A DNA stretch of 64,000 nt from Polyangiales bacterium (GTDB taxonomy: Bacteria; Myxococcota_A; Polyangia; Polyangiales; JADJQN01): the NCBI GenBank assembly GCA_964202905.1, contig CAXNJO010000005.1:64001-128000 (forward strand). The letters run 5' to 3'. Positions 1 to 12,490 of this stretch are shown here, in pieces (position 1 is the stretch's first letter; the number at the start of each line of letters is the position of its first letter). The notes beneath the pieces are model-generated. The model was not told where the DNA came from, searched no databases, and saw nothing but the letters and a program-made list of their open reading frames with translations. Position numbers and translations under genes: made by a program.

Positions 1-1
1 G

Positions 2-748
2 CTCCGCTTCGTCGTGCGACCGACGCCCGGCGTCCCCGAGCACGGCCACGAGACGATGGGCGTGTTCGACTACCTCCGCCTCGCCGCGCGCCTCGGCCCG
101 ACCGGGATGGCGCGGCTCCTCGTGCGCTTCGCCCGCGCCGTGCGCGAGCTCTTCCGCGTGCGCCGCGACGCCGCGACGGAGGCCGCCGCGCGCCTCACCG
201 CCGAGCACGAGCTGCTGCTCGCCCGCTTCGCCGCCGCGCGCCGCATGGGCCGCGAAAAACTGCGCGCGCTCCGCGCCCTGCAGGTCGCGCCGATCACCCG
301 CACCGTGCGGGGCATCCTCGCGAGCCTGCTGCTCGATCAGCTCGCCCTCGGGGCGCTCGCGCTCACGCTCGTGGCCGTCTTCGGCACGCTCGCGCTCACC
401 ACCGCCCCGGGGTTCGCGGGGGCGCTCGGCGCGACGCTCGTCGGCTGGCCCGCCGCGAGCGTGTGGCTGCGGCGCGGCCGCAAGATCGACGCGGACGTCG
501 AGCTCGGCCAGCGGGCCGCGGCGCTCGCGCGGTTGTTCGCCGCGCCGTTCGTCGTGATGGGCCACACGCACATCGCGCGTCGCCAGCCCGTCGGCGACGG
601 CGCGACGTACGTGAACGTCGGCTCGTGGTCGGAGTGCGAGGGCAACCGCGCGACGCGCACGCACCTCGTCATCGATCGCTCACTCGGTGTGCTCCGCGCC
701 GAGCTGCGCGCGTGGTGCCCCCTGCGTGGCCCGCTGCCCGCGGCGTGA
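2..748 (+). CDS. Calcineurin-like metallophosphoesterase with two TM helices (5'-partial)
   Basis: C-terminal motifs VVMGHTH and YVNVGSW are typical of LpxH-like metallophosphoesterases; the frame is open to the window edge. Confidence 0.7.
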   Translation, partial: LRFVVRPTPGVPEHGHETMGVFDYLRLAARLGPTGMARLLVRFARAVRELFRVRRDAATEAAARLTAEHELLLARFAAARRMGREKLRALRALQVAPITRTVRGILASLLLDQLALGALALTLVAVFGTLALTTAPGFAGALGATLVGWPAASVWLRRGRKIDADVELGQRAAALARLFAAPFVVMGHTHIARRQPVGDGATYVNVGSWSECEGNRATRTHLVIDRSLGVLRAELRAWCPLRGPLPAA

Positions 749-1246
749 GCGCGCCTGGCCGCTGCGCACGAGCCGGACGACGACGCCCGCGCCGAGCGCG
801 AGCGCGAGCCCCAGGACCGCGACGCGCGGCGCGAACGGCGCGAGCGCCAGGTGATGCACGACGAGCGCCGCCGCGACGTAGGCGAGGCGGTGCAGCGGCT
901 TCCAGAGCCGGAGCCGCGCGGCGCGCACGAGCCGCCGCGACGAGGTGACGAGCAGCGCGACGAGCACCGCGAGCGCGAGGGCCCCCGAGCGCAGCCACGG
1001 GATGTCGCGCAGCGCTGAGACGAGATCGGATTGCAGATACAATTGAGATGCGATAACCGCGTGCCCGAGCGCGCCGAGGCCCGCGGCGATCCCGAGCGGC
1101 CGACGCGCCCCCGCGAGCCGCGCGCGCGCCGCGGGGGGCAGCGGGAGCGGCAGCCGCAGCGTCGGCGTGACCGCCAGCGAGAGCGCGAGCAGGAGCGCCG
1201 GGAGCCACCCGGAGGCGCGCAAGAGGCGGAGCGCGTCGTCGCTCAT
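680..1246 (-). CDS. MsrQ/YedZ-like ferric-reductase transmembrane (haem b) protein
   Basis: C-terminal part of ORF 680..2980, from MSDDALR; motifs RRPLGIAA, LLVTSS and WKPLHRLAYVAAALVVHH. Confidence 0.8.
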   Translation of the reverse strand: MSDDALRLLRASGWLPALLLALSLAVTPTLRLPLPLPPAARARLAGARRPLGIAAGLGALGHAVIASQLYLQSDLVSALRDIPWLRSGALALAVLVALLVTSSRRLVRAARLRLWKPLHRLAYVAAALVVHHLALAPFAPRVAVLGLALALGAGVVVRLVRSGQARSRRGQRATQGAPRAQLGAEHTE

Positions 1247-1277
1247 CGCGGGCCCCGCGTCGCTGTGCAGCGCCGCC

Positions 1278-3566
1278 TCACAGGGACTCCAGGAACGCGA
1301 GCAGCGCCGCGAACGAGGCCGGGTCGAGCGCGCGCGCGCGGCCGTGCCGACCGTCCGGGTCGTGCGTGCGGAAGATCGCGGCGAGCGAGTCGGCGCGGCC
1401 GTCGTGGAGCCAGCGCGCGCGCCCCGCGACGCCGCGCAACGACGGCGTGTCGAGCGAGGCGCCCGGGGCGGCGTGGGCCCGCGGGAAGACGCTGCGCACG
1501 GGGTGCCGACCGAGGTTCGTGAAGGCGGGGAAGGCGTGGCACGTCTCGCAGCCCGCCCGCACGAAGGCGTCGACGCCGCGCCGCTCGGAGGCCGTGACCC
1601 CGGCAGGGCCCGCGCCCTCCCCGGCCGACGCGATGCGCGGCGCGGGCAGCGGGAGCGCGGCGATCCACGCCTCGAGCGTCGCGCCCCGATCGCCCGCGGG
1701 GTCGCGGTAGCCGCGGTAGCGCTGCTCGGCGACCTCGAGCAGGTCCGCGATGCGCGGGTAGCTGCCGTCACGCAGGAACGGCGACGTACCTGCGAGCCCG
1801 GCGAGCGCGAGCGTCGGCGCGAGCGCGCGGCCGCCGATGTTGTGCGCCATGCCGTCGCTGCCGCCGTGCGGGTGACAACTCTGGCAAGCGATGCCCGCGC
1901 GCGTGCCCTCGTAGAACGCGCGCTCGCCATAGCGACGCGCGAGCGCGTCCGGGTCCGCGCGGAGCAGCGCGTGATCGTCGGGCGCGAGGCGCAGGCGCGC
2001 ACGGGGGGCGCCGCTGCGGGCGTCGAGCACGGCGACGAGGCCGCTCGACGGGGAGGTCGCGACGAGCGCCGGGCCGTCGGGAGCGGCGAGCGTGACCACC
2101 GCGTGCGGCGCCGAGAGCCCGAACCGCGCGACGTCGAACGAGCGCGTGGGCGCGCCGAGCGGCGAGACGAGGGCGAGCTCGTCGCTCCCCGCGAAGGCGA
2201 CGAGCCAGGTGCCGTCGCGCCGCGGCGTGACGCCGAGTGGCGAGAGGCCGCGATCGACGTCGCCCGCCGCGTCCTGCCGCGCGCTGCGCGTGGCGGTGAA
2301 GCGCTGCGCGACGAGCGCGAGCGTGCGCGCATCGAGAGTGAGGAGCTGGTCCTGCACGAAGTGGTTGCCGAGGTGCGGGGTGCCCGCGTCGTGCCAGTCG
2401 GTCGCCGCCAGGAGCAGCCGGGCGCCGCCGTCGATCGCGGCGAGGGCCGTGGCGGGTGCGAGCAGCGGGCGCGTGCCGGCGACCCGCAGCGTGTCGCCGT
2501 CGCGCGTGAGTCGCACCAGCGCCGCGGGCGCACGCTGGGCCACGACGAGCGCACGCGCATCGCCGGCGAATTCGAGGAAATCGGGCACGCCGGCGAGGGA
2601 CGCACGCGACGCGATGCGACGCTCAGGAACGTCGACGAGGACGACCTCGCCGCGCACCCCCGCGCGCGGAGCGTCGAGCGCGACCGCGAGGCGCGTCCGG
2701 TCGTCGCTGATCGCGAGGCGCTGCGCGCCGTGGCCGATCGCGAGCGTCGATTCCGCGCGTCCATCGAGCGGCACGATCGCGAGCCGCGCGTCGTGGCGGT
2801 GCACGATCGCGAGCGTCGCGTCGTCGAGCCACGCGCAGTCCGCGGGGCCGTCCCGCGTCGGCAGGCGCACGAGCGCGCCCGCCCCATCGACGACGAGCGC
2901 CTCGTCCGTCTCCTCGCTCGTCGTGCACGCGCGACGCCCGTCGGGCGAGGCGTGCAACACGCACGGATGCGCGAGCGCACGCACGACCGTCACAGGGCGC
3001 GCGTGCGTGTCGCCGTCCACCGCGAGCACCGCGTCGACCTCGCCGCCGCGCGTCGGCGCACCGTGCGCGCGCGGGTCGTAGTCGACGCGGAAGAGCCCAT
3101 GACCGAGCGGCTGCGCGTCGAGCGGGCGCACGCCCGGCGCGAGCGTCACGCGCACGGCGCGCGCGCCCGGAGCGCGCACGAAGAAGCGCTGCGGCCGGTG
3201 ATCGACCACGAGCGGCGGGTGCAGCGCGACCGTGCGCTCGAGACGCAGCCGATCGGCGAGGTGCTCGCCAAATCCGCGAAACGACTCGTGATCGAGGAGC
3301 CCCCCCGCGCGCCCCGTCAGCACCGCGAGCGCGAGCGCGACGAGCGCGAGGCCCCGCACGGGTGCCCCCGACGCCAGACGCGACGTGCCGCGATCGCGCC
3401 GCGACGCCCACTCTGCGGCGAGCCACGCGAGGGCGTACGCGGCGAGCAGCGCGGCGAAGGACGTCGTGTCCCAGAGCAGCGCGCCGAGCGCCGCGAACGC
3501 CGCCGCGAGCGCGAGCACGAGGCCCTGCGCGGTGCCCCGCCCCGTGCCCTTCCACCGCGGATCCAC
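1278..3566 (-). CDS. Membrane-anchored YncE-like beta-propeller fused to a di-haem cytochrome c (bCcP/MauG superfamily)
   Basis: N-terminal TM helices, propeller-like repeats, two CxxCH motifs (CQSCH, CETCH), DTPSLRGV..WLHDGR motif. Confidence 0.75.
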   Translation of the reverse strand: MDPRWKGTGRGTAQGLVLALAAAFAALGALLWDTTSFAALLAAYALAWLAAEWASRRDRGTSRLASGAPVRGLALVALALAVLTGRAGGLLDHESFRGFGEHLADRLRLERTVALHPPLVVDHRPQRFFVRAPGARAVRVTLAPGVRPLDAQPLGHGLFRVDYDPRAHGAPTRGGEVDAVLAVDGDTHARPVTVVRALAHPCVLHASPDGRRACTTSEETDEALVVDGAGALVRLPTRDGPADCAWLDDATLAIVHRHDARLAIVPLDGRAESTLAIGHGAQRLAISDDRTRLAVALDAPRAGVRGEVVLVDVPERRIASRASLAGVPDFLEFAGDARALVVAQRAPAALVRLTRDGDTLRVAGTRPLLAPATALAAIDGGARLLLAATDWHDAGTPHLGNHFVQDQLLTLDARTLALVAQRFTATRSARQDAAGDVDRGLSPLGVTPRRDGTWLVAFAGSDELALVSPLGAPTRSFDVARFGLSAPHAVVTLAAPDGPALVATSPSSGLVAVLDARSGAPRARLRLAPDDHALLRADPDALARRYGERAFYEGTRAGIACQSCHPHGGSDGMAHNIGGRALAPTLALAGLAGTSPFLRDGSYPRIADLLEVAEQRYRGYRDPAGDRGATLEAWIAALPLPAPRIASAGEGAGPAGVTASERRGVDAFVRAGCETCHAFPAFTNLGRHPVRSVFPRAHAAPGASLDTPSLRGVAGRARWLHDGRADSLAAIFRTHDPDGRHGRARALDPASFAALLAFLESL

Positions 3567-3572
3567 GCGCGC

Positions 3573-5597
3573 TCAGCCCCCGTCCCCGTCGCCCGCGTCG
3601 AGCCCCTCGGCGTCGATCCCCTCGAGCGGATCACGGCCGACGCGGTTCGAGCCGTCGAGCGAGCCCACGTCCGCCTGCGTGAGGTCGATCCGCGGCGCGA
3701 AGACCTCCCCGTGGAACGCCGCCGCGACGCGACGCGCGAGCGCGTCCGGGTCGTCGCCGCGACGCGCGCCCGCGGCCCCGCAGCCGAGGACCGCGCCGCC
3801 TGCGCCGACGAGACAGGCACGCCCCGAACGCGACGTCGCTTCGATGCGCACGACGAGCGGGGCCGCGTCGTCGTCCGTGAGGCGCGGCGAGCGGGCGAGC
3901 AGGTCGCGCACCGCCTCGGCGACCTCGCCCGAGACCGCCGCGAAGCGCACGGGCACCGCGACGCCGAGACGACGGAACACGCCCGGATCCGCTTGAAACG
4001 CCGCGTCGAACGCGCGCGCGGCCGCCGCGGGCTCATCTGCGCGCATCGCCGCTTCGGCGACCAGCGCCTGCACCCGCGCGCGGAGGAGCGCCTCCGCGGG
4101 CGGCAGCGCCGCGAGGGCCCGCGCGCCGAGCCGCTGCGCGCGCGCGTCGTCCCCCTGCGCGAGCGCGACCTCGCACTCGAACGCGTCGTAGTACGCGGGT
4201 GCCCGCGCGCGGCGATCCCCGGCCCGCGCCCGCCGCAGGGCCTCGCGGACGACGCCCGCGCCCATCACCTCGACGAGCTCGCCCGCGAGCCACGGCGGCA
4301 TCACCGCGCCGCGCGACGTCCCGATGCGGAAGCTCCCGACGAGCCGCGCGTCGTCGGCGAGCAGCCGCCCCGCCTGCCGGCCGCTCGACCAGCCCTCGAG
4401 GCGGAGCATCGCCGCGCGCGCCGCGAGGAGCGGGCGCCTCCAGAGCGGCTCGGCCGCCGCGTCCTCCGCGAGGATCTCCGCGGAGAGCCGCCGCGCGCTG
4501 CGGTCGAGCAGCGCGACGATCGCGCGGTCCTGCGCAGGGTCGCGGCTGTTGTGCGACCGCCGATCCGGCATGACGAGCGCACGCGCCGTGAGCCGCCGCG
4601 CGTCGTCCGGACGACCGACGACGAGGAAGAAGGCCGCGAGCGCGCGGCGCGACTCGTTGCGATCGGCGTCGCGCGCGTGGGCGGGCCGCTGCGCGCGGTA
4701 ACGCGGGACCTCGCGCAGGGCGCCGAGCGCCTCCGGGAAACGCGCCTCGCGCGTGTAGAGCTCGGCGAGCTCGAGGTGCGGGTTGCCGTACCACGCGACC
4801 GGCGCGCGCGTCGCCTCGAGCCCAAGCTGCTCGGCCTCGTCGAACAGGAAGAGCGAGCGGGACGCCTCCGCGAAGTTCGTGAGGTCGACGGCGCTCACGG
4901 AGCCGGACGCGCGCGCGTCGTCGAGCGCGAGGCGGCAGGCCTCGTAACTCTTCGCGTCGTCGGAGGCCTCGAACTCGATCGCGCAGAGGGCGTTCAGCCC
5001 CACGGCGCGCTCCCAGCCGTCGTCGCTCGCGACGCCCAGCCGCGCCGCACGCCGCGCCTCCTCGAAGCGCCCGAGCTTCATGAGCGGCCACGCGCGATCC
5101 GCGAGCAGATCCGGCTCGTAGAGCTGGTTGTGCCGCGCGAGCCACCCGAGCTTCTCGGCGTGGTGATCGAGGTCGCCCTCCGTCGCGGCGAGCTCGCGCA
5201 GGATCCGCACGTGCCAGCGCCACGGCGCGGAGGTCGGCGGCTCGGCGCCGTGCGCGGCCTCGAAGCGCCGCAGCGCGAGGCGCACCTCGAAGAGCGCGCG
5301 CGGAAAGTTCGCCTCGCCGTAGTGCTGCGCGTGCGCGAGCACGAGGTGCCCCACGTAGGAGCCGGGCCGTGCGCGGACGAGCCGCTCGGCCACCTCGCGC
5401 GCCTTCACGTAGCGCCGGGCGCTCGCGAGCTCCCACGCCTCGAGCTCGTCGTCGCGCGCCGCCTCCGCCGCGTCGGGCGGGGGCATCTCGGGCCACGCGG
5501 GCGCGTCCTGCGCGGAGGCGCCGATCGCGACGAGCAGCGCGCACGCGAATGCGAGGCGCGCACCACGGACCCGGCGGAGGCGCAGCGAGGCGACCAT
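3573..5597 (-). CDS. Secreted TPR-like helical repeat protein
   Basis: Signal peptide (…AIGASAQ) followed by TPR-like helix pairs; tightly packed in the operon. Confidence 0.65.
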   Translation of the reverse strand: MVASLRLRRVRGARLAFACALLVAIGASAQDAPAWPEMPPPDAAEAARDDELEAWELASARRYVKAREVAERLVRARPGSYVGHLVLAHAQHYGEANFPRALFEVRLALRRFEAAHGAEPPTSAPWRWHVRILRELAATEGDLDHHAEKLGWLARHNQLYEPDLLADRAWPLMKLGRFEEARRAARLGVASDDGWERAVGLNALCAIEFEASDDAKSYEACRLALDDARASGSVSAVDLTNFAEASRSLFLFDEAEQLGLEATRAPVAWYGNPHLELAELYTREARFPEALGALREVPRYRAQRPAHARDADRNESRRALAAFFLVVGRPDDARRLTARALVMPDRRSHNSRDPAQDRAIVALLDRSARRLSAEILAEDAAAEPLWRRPLLAARAAMLRLEGWSSGRQAGRLLADDARLVGSFRIGTSRGAVMPPWLAGELVEVMGAGVVREALRRARAGDRRARAPAYYDAFECEVALAQGDDARAQRLGARALAALPPAEALLRARVQALVAEAAMRADEPAAAARAFDAAFQADPGVFRRLGVAVPVRFAAVSGEVAEAVRDLLARSPRLTDDDAAPLVVRIEATSRSGRACLVGAGGAVLGCGAAGARRGDDPDALARRVAAAFHGEVFAPRIDLTQADVGSLDGSNRVGRDPLEGIDAEGLDAGDGDGG

Positions 5598-5601
5598 GCG
5601 C

Positions 5602-6660
5602 CTACCGCCTCAGGGACGCGCGCGCGAGGCGCTCGACGATGGCCGCGGTGTGCTCGCGGACGACGGCCGCGGCGTCCTCGACGCCGGGGACGCACTCGAT
5701 GCGGTGCGCGAAGACGTGCGGCGCGAGCGCCTCGAGGTCCTCCGGCGCGACGAAGTCTCGCCCGTGCACCGCGGCGCGCGCCTGCAGCGCCGGCATCAGC
5801 AGCACGAGCGAGCGCGTCGACGCGCCCTGCAGCACGCGCCGATCCGCCCGCAGCGCGCGCGCGAGATCGACGAGCCCCTCGCGCACCACCGGGGCGATCG
5901 CGACCCCGACGCGCAGCGCGCGCCGCGCGGCGACGAGCTCCCCGCGCGTGACGCCCGGGAGCGTGGCCGCCGTGCCGAGCCCCTGCGCGGGGTACGCGCC
6001 GAGCACGTCGAGCTCCGCGTCGCGGTCGATGTGCGTCATCGCGATCTTGAAGAGGAAGCGGTCGAGCTGGGGCGTCGGGAGCGGATACGTGCCCGCGACG
6101 TCGAGCGGGTTCTGCGTCGCGATCACGAAGAAGAGCTCGTCGAGGGCGTGCGTGCGGTCGTCGATCGTCACCTGCTTCTCGGCCATCGCCTCGAGCAGCG
6201 CCGCCTGCACCTTGGGCGACGTGCGGTTGATCTCGTCGGCGAGCAGGACGTGCGCGAACACGGGCCCGCGCCGCAGCTCGAACGCGCTCCGCGCGACCTC
6301 GAAGACGCTCGTGCCGGTGATGTCGCTCGGCAGCAGATCCGGGGTGAACTGCACGCGCCGGAAGGGGGCGATCCCCGGCACGGACGCCTCGTCGCCGAGC
6401 GCCTCGCCGAGCGCGCGCGCGAGGGTCGTCTTGCCGGAGCCGGGATAGTCCTCGAGGAGCACGTGCCCGTCCGCGAGCAGCGCGACGACGACGAGCTCGA
6501 TCACGTCGTCGCGCCCCTTCACCGCGGCGCGCAGGCGCGCCATCAGCCGCGCGGCGAGCGCGGTGATCGCGCCGAGCGGGAGCCCAGCGACGATGGGCGC
6601 GGGGTGAGACGGGGCTGCATGCGGCTGGGCGGCGGCGGGCTGGGCGGCGGCGTCGGTCAT
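5602..6660 (-). CDS. moxR: MoxR family AAA+ ATPase
   Basis: GHVLLEDYPGSGKT, RVQFTPDLLPSDITG, LLADEINR, ATQNP, QLDRF. Confidence 0.95.
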   Translation of the reverse strand: MTDAAAQPAAAQPHAAPSHPAPIVAGLPLGAITALAARLMARLRAAVKGRDDVIELVVVALLADGHVLLEDYPGSGKTTLARALGEALGDEASVPGIAPFRRVQFTPDLLPSDITGTSVFEVARSAFELRRGPVFAHVLLADEINRTSPKVQAALLEAMAEKQVTIDDRTHALDELFFVIATQNPLDVAGTYPLPTPQLDRFLFKIAMTHIDRDAELDVLGAYPAQGLGTAATLPGVTRGELVAARRALRVGVAIAPVVREGLVDLARALRADRRVLQGASTRSLVLLMPALQARAAVHGRDFVAPEDLEALAPHVFAHRIECVPGVEDAAAVVREHTAAIVERLARASLRR

Positions 6661-6693
6661 GGAATCGGGAGTCCTTGGAACGCGGTGAGGAGG

Positions 6694-8921
6694 CTAACGA
6701 ACGCGGAGAAAGCTCCACGGCTCGAGCAGACCGAGCGCGCGGCGATGCCAGGGGACGGCGCGGCGCAGCTCACGCGCGACGGCGCGGGCGAGCGCGCGGA
6801 GGGCGCGTGCGTCCGGGGGCGTCCCGCCGAAGCGCGCCGCGAGGTGGCCGCGCGTGAGCACGGGAAGGCTCGGCAGCGGGCCCGCGAGCCGGCGCGCGAA
6901 GGCCTCGCGCGACTCACCCGCACGCCGCGCGAGGCCGGCCTCGGCGAGCCGATCGAGCGCGGCGCGGTACGCCACGCGCGGCAGCGCGGCCTCCGACGCG
7001 AACCGCGGCGCGGCGCGGCGCCAGAGCTTCGCCGCGTAGAGCAGGCAGAGCGCGGCGAGCAGGGCCGCGCCGCCGTACATGCCGAGCGAGCGGCCCGCGC
7101 GCCGCGCGAGCGCCACGAGCTGCTCGGGCGCGGGTCCGCCGTCCGTGGGCAGCGGCACCTCACCGCGCGCGAGTTCGCCGAGCAGCCGCTGGAGATCCGG
7201 GTCCGGCGGGCCCGGCGGCGGGTCGAGGCTGCGCTCGGGCGCGACGTCCGTGATGACCCACCCGACGCCCTCCAGGTAGACCTCGGGCCACGCGTGCGAG
7301 GTGTCGCCGGTGATGAGGATCGCGCTCCCGCCCTGCCGCGCGCCCTCGTCGACGACGTAGCCCGCCGCGACGCGTGCGGGCACGCCGACGCTGCGCATCA
7401 GGTACGCGGCGGCGTGCGCGAAGTGCACGCAGTAGCCCGTCTTGTCGCCGAAGAGGAAGTGCGCCGTCGGGTCCTCGGCGCCTGCGTGCCGGCTGCGCAG
7501 CGAATACGTGCCCTCGTGGCCGAGCCAGCTCGTGATCGCGAGCGCGCGGGCCAGCGGATCCCCGCGGAGCGGCTCGGGCAGCGTCGCGACGATCGTGCGG
7601 GCGAGCGCCCCGTAGCGCGGGTCGGCGGGACCGCTCGTGTAATAGGCGCGCTGCTCCGCCGACCACGCGGGCGAGCCCGAGGGCAGGCCGAGGAGCAGGC
7701 GCGCGTCGCTCGTGAGCGCGCTGCTCGTGACCTCGTAGGTGCGCTTGAAGCGGCCGGGATCGGGGTTCGACGCGGGTGCGAGCTCGACGGGCGCCTCGAG
7801 GCCGAAGGGCCGCGCGTGCTCGGCGAGCAGCGCGACCGTCGTGCGCAGCGTCGCGCGATCCGAGCCGCTCGGCGGGCCCTCGTCGAGCACGGTGCGCTCG
7901 GTCGGGAAGCCGCGCGCGAGGTCGCGATCGACGTCGCTGCGCGTCGCGCCGACGAGCCGACGGCCGTTGTAGTGGCTGAACGCGCTCTGGCGGAAGTAGT
8001 AGTTCCCCGTCGGCGGCGCGTACTCGTCGTGCAGCAGCACGACCGCGACGGGCACCTGCCGCGCGGAAGGCCCGTAGTCGTCGCGGAACTCGAGGTCCTC
8101 GCTCGCGCGCCGCGGCCGCCCGCCCGCCTGCGAGGGTTGCGCGCGACCGTCGCCGTCACCGCGGAGGCCGAGCCCGCTGCCGGTCTGCGGCGGCGCGGGC
8201 AGCCCCACCCGCGCGGTCACCGCGAGCAGCCCCGCGAGCAGCGCCGCGAGCAGCCCGAGGCCGAAGAGGGCGCGGGGCGCGCTGCGCTCGGAGAGCAGCA
8301 GCACCACCACGACGCCGACCGCCGCCGCGCCGACCGCGAGGATCGCGAGGCTCGGATCGCCGCCGCGCGCGAGGATCGGATCGGCGAGCTCGAAGGGCCG
8401 GTTGATCGCGCCGTTTCGGTGCGCCACGACGAGCTGCGCGAACGCGAGCGCCACGGCGCCCGCCTCCACCACCGCGAGCGCCCGCGCGCGGGTCGCCGCC
8501 ACGCGGAGCGCGGCACACACGACGAGGGCGCCCGGTCCGAAGACGAGCGCATCGCCCACGCGGAGCGCGCGCGCCGGGCCGAGCCAGCGCGCGAGCGCGT
8601 CGCCGTCGACGACGAGTCCGGCCACGAGCAGCACCGCGAGCAGCCCCACCCCCGCGAGCGCGAGCAGCGGGACGAGCCGCAGCCGCGCAGCCGCGATCCA
8701 CCGGGCCGAAAGCGCCCCGAGTGCGCCGCCGACCGCGGCCGCGACCACGCCCTCCTCGACCGCGAGTGGCCACGCGAAGACGCCCGCGGCGAGCGCGTGC
8801 ACGAGCACCCGCAGCGCCGTCGCGAGCCACGGCTCTGCCGGGCGCGTCCCCTCGGCGCGCGCGCGCGCGCCACCTCCGCATCGGCGTCCGCGCCACCCGC
8901 TGCGCCGTCGCCCCTGCTCAC
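6694..8921 (-). CDS. Membrane-bound transglutaminase-like protein (TgpA type); frameshift near the N-terminus in a (GC)8 run at about 8855-8870
   Basis: Catalytic triad motifs GYCVHFA, HAWPEVY, GWVITD; multi-TM N-terminus; GTG at 8921 overlaps the DUF58 stop (GTGA) but lies in another frame. Confidence 0.85.
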
Positions 8922-10297
8922 GCCGCCTCCGAGCGCGCGTCGCGACCGCGCGCCTGCGCCCACGCGACCAGCGCGCGCCGCTGCGCCTCGCCGAGCGCAC
9001 GCCCCGACGCACGGTCGAGCAGCAGCACGTCCGCGCGCACCGACGCGAGCGCGCGCAGCACCGCCTCGAGCCCATCGGCGGGCGTCTCCGGGGCCACCCG
9101 CGGCACCGCGAGCCAGCGCGCGAAGCGGGCCCGCAACGGACGCGCAGGCGCCCCCGGCGCGACGGCGTCGATCGCGACCACCACGCGCGCGCCCCGCCGC
9201 CGCGCGAGCACCGCGAGCACCCGCGGGAGCCACGGACCGGGCTCCGGCGGCGCGAAGATCACGAGGCTCGCGGGCCCTTCCCGCTCGGCGCGCGCCGCGA
9301 ACGCAGCGAGCCCCGCGCCGCCCGCCTCGCGCGACGCAGCGCTGCGCACGACGAGCGCGACCGCGTCGGCGACGCGCGACGTGCCCGCGGCCTCGCCGCC
9401 GTCCGCGCCGAAGACCCAGTCGCCGCCGAGCGCCCCCTGCTCGATCGCGAGCCGCGCGGCGCCCGCCGTCGCGTCGTCGCCCTCGCCCGCGACGAGGTAC
9501 GCGACCGTGCGCCGCGCCTCGACGAGCGCGCGCTCGTGCCGACGCACCATGACCTTCCCCGTCCGCGCGAACACCTTCCAGTGGATGAAGCGCGCGGGGT
9601 CGCCGGGCGCGTAGCGGCGCAGCTCGATCCGATCGCCCTCCTCGGCGCCGAGCGGATGCGGCCGATCGTCCCCGCCCGCGAGCGACGCGAGCACCGGCAC
9701 CGCACGCAACGCGCCGACCCCCGGCAACACCTCGACGGGCGCGGCGTCCGCGACGCGCAGCGCGACCCGCGCGAGGCCGAGCGCGTCTCCGAGGATCACG
9801 CGCCGCAGCACGCCGGGGTGCGCGCCGCGGTCGTCGGCGACGACCTCCTCGTCGATCCGCCCGAAGCGGCGCCGCGGCCGCACGACCACGCGCGCCGGGC
9901 GCTCCCACGCCCACGACACCTGCACGAGCGGCAGCCACCACAGCGACGGCAGCGCGAAGCCGGTGGCCGCGGGGCGCCGCGTCTCGAGCCGCAACCCCGC
10001 GGGCGCCGCGACCTCCCACGTACGGCGCCGCAGCGCGAGACGGAGCGCGAGCGCGCCGAGCCCGACGAGCAACGCCGCGAGCACCGGCAGCGCCAGCCCC
10101 GCGTAGCCCGCGATGAGCAGCACGAGGTCCTGCTCACCGACCCCGAGCGCCCGCAGCGCGAGCCCCGCCGCGCCCGCGAGCAGCAGGCCGAGCGGCGTCG
10201 GCGGCAGCACGTCGACGACGCGCCCCGTGACCCGGCGCGCCGCGCGCGCAACGCGCGTCAAGCCCGCCCCCCACCGCGCTGAACGCTCGCTCCGCAT
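8918..10297 (-). CDS. DUF58 domain protein (MoxR partner)
   Basis: ELRRYAPGDPARFIHWKVFART signature; two N-terminal TM helices. Confidence 0.9.
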   Translation of the reverse strand: MRSERSARWGAGLTRVARAARRVTGRVVDVLPPTPLGLLLAGAAGLALRALGVGEQDLVLLIAGYAGLALPVLAALLVGLGALALRLALRRRTWEVAAPAGLRLETRRPAATGFALPSLWWLPLVQVSWAWERPARVVVRPRRRFGRIDEEVVADDRGAHPGVLRRVILGDALGLARVALRVADAAPVEVLPGVGALRAVPVLASLAGGDDRPHPLGAEEGDRIELRRYAPGDPARFIHWKVFARTGKVMVRRHERALVEARRTVAYLVAGEGDDATAGAARLAIEQGALGGDWVFGADGGEAAGTSRVADAVALVVRSAASREAGGAGLAAFAARAEREGPASLVIFAPPEPGPWLPRVLAVLARRRGARVVVAIDAVAPGAPARPLRARFARWLAVPRVAPETPADGLEAVLRALASVRADVLLLDRASGRALGEAQRRALVAWAQARGRDARSEAA

Positions 10298-10382
10298 CGA
10301 CGGCTCCGCGCAGCCTGACACCCCGCCCCGCCCGTGCCAGTACCGCGCCCCGCGCGCGCTGCGGCTCGGATACCATCGCGCC

Positions 10383-12459
<2,077 letters not shown>

Positions 12460-12490
12460 CGCCGACACACACCCGTGGCCGCGTGGGCGC

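Noticed and set aside
1167..9552. Very long plus-strand ORFs (1594 aa, 1318 aa) and similar ones such as most of 21607..26772 and 28434..33260
   Set aside because: Arg/Ala-rich antisense or alternative-frame shadows of real genes; stop codons are rare at this GC content.
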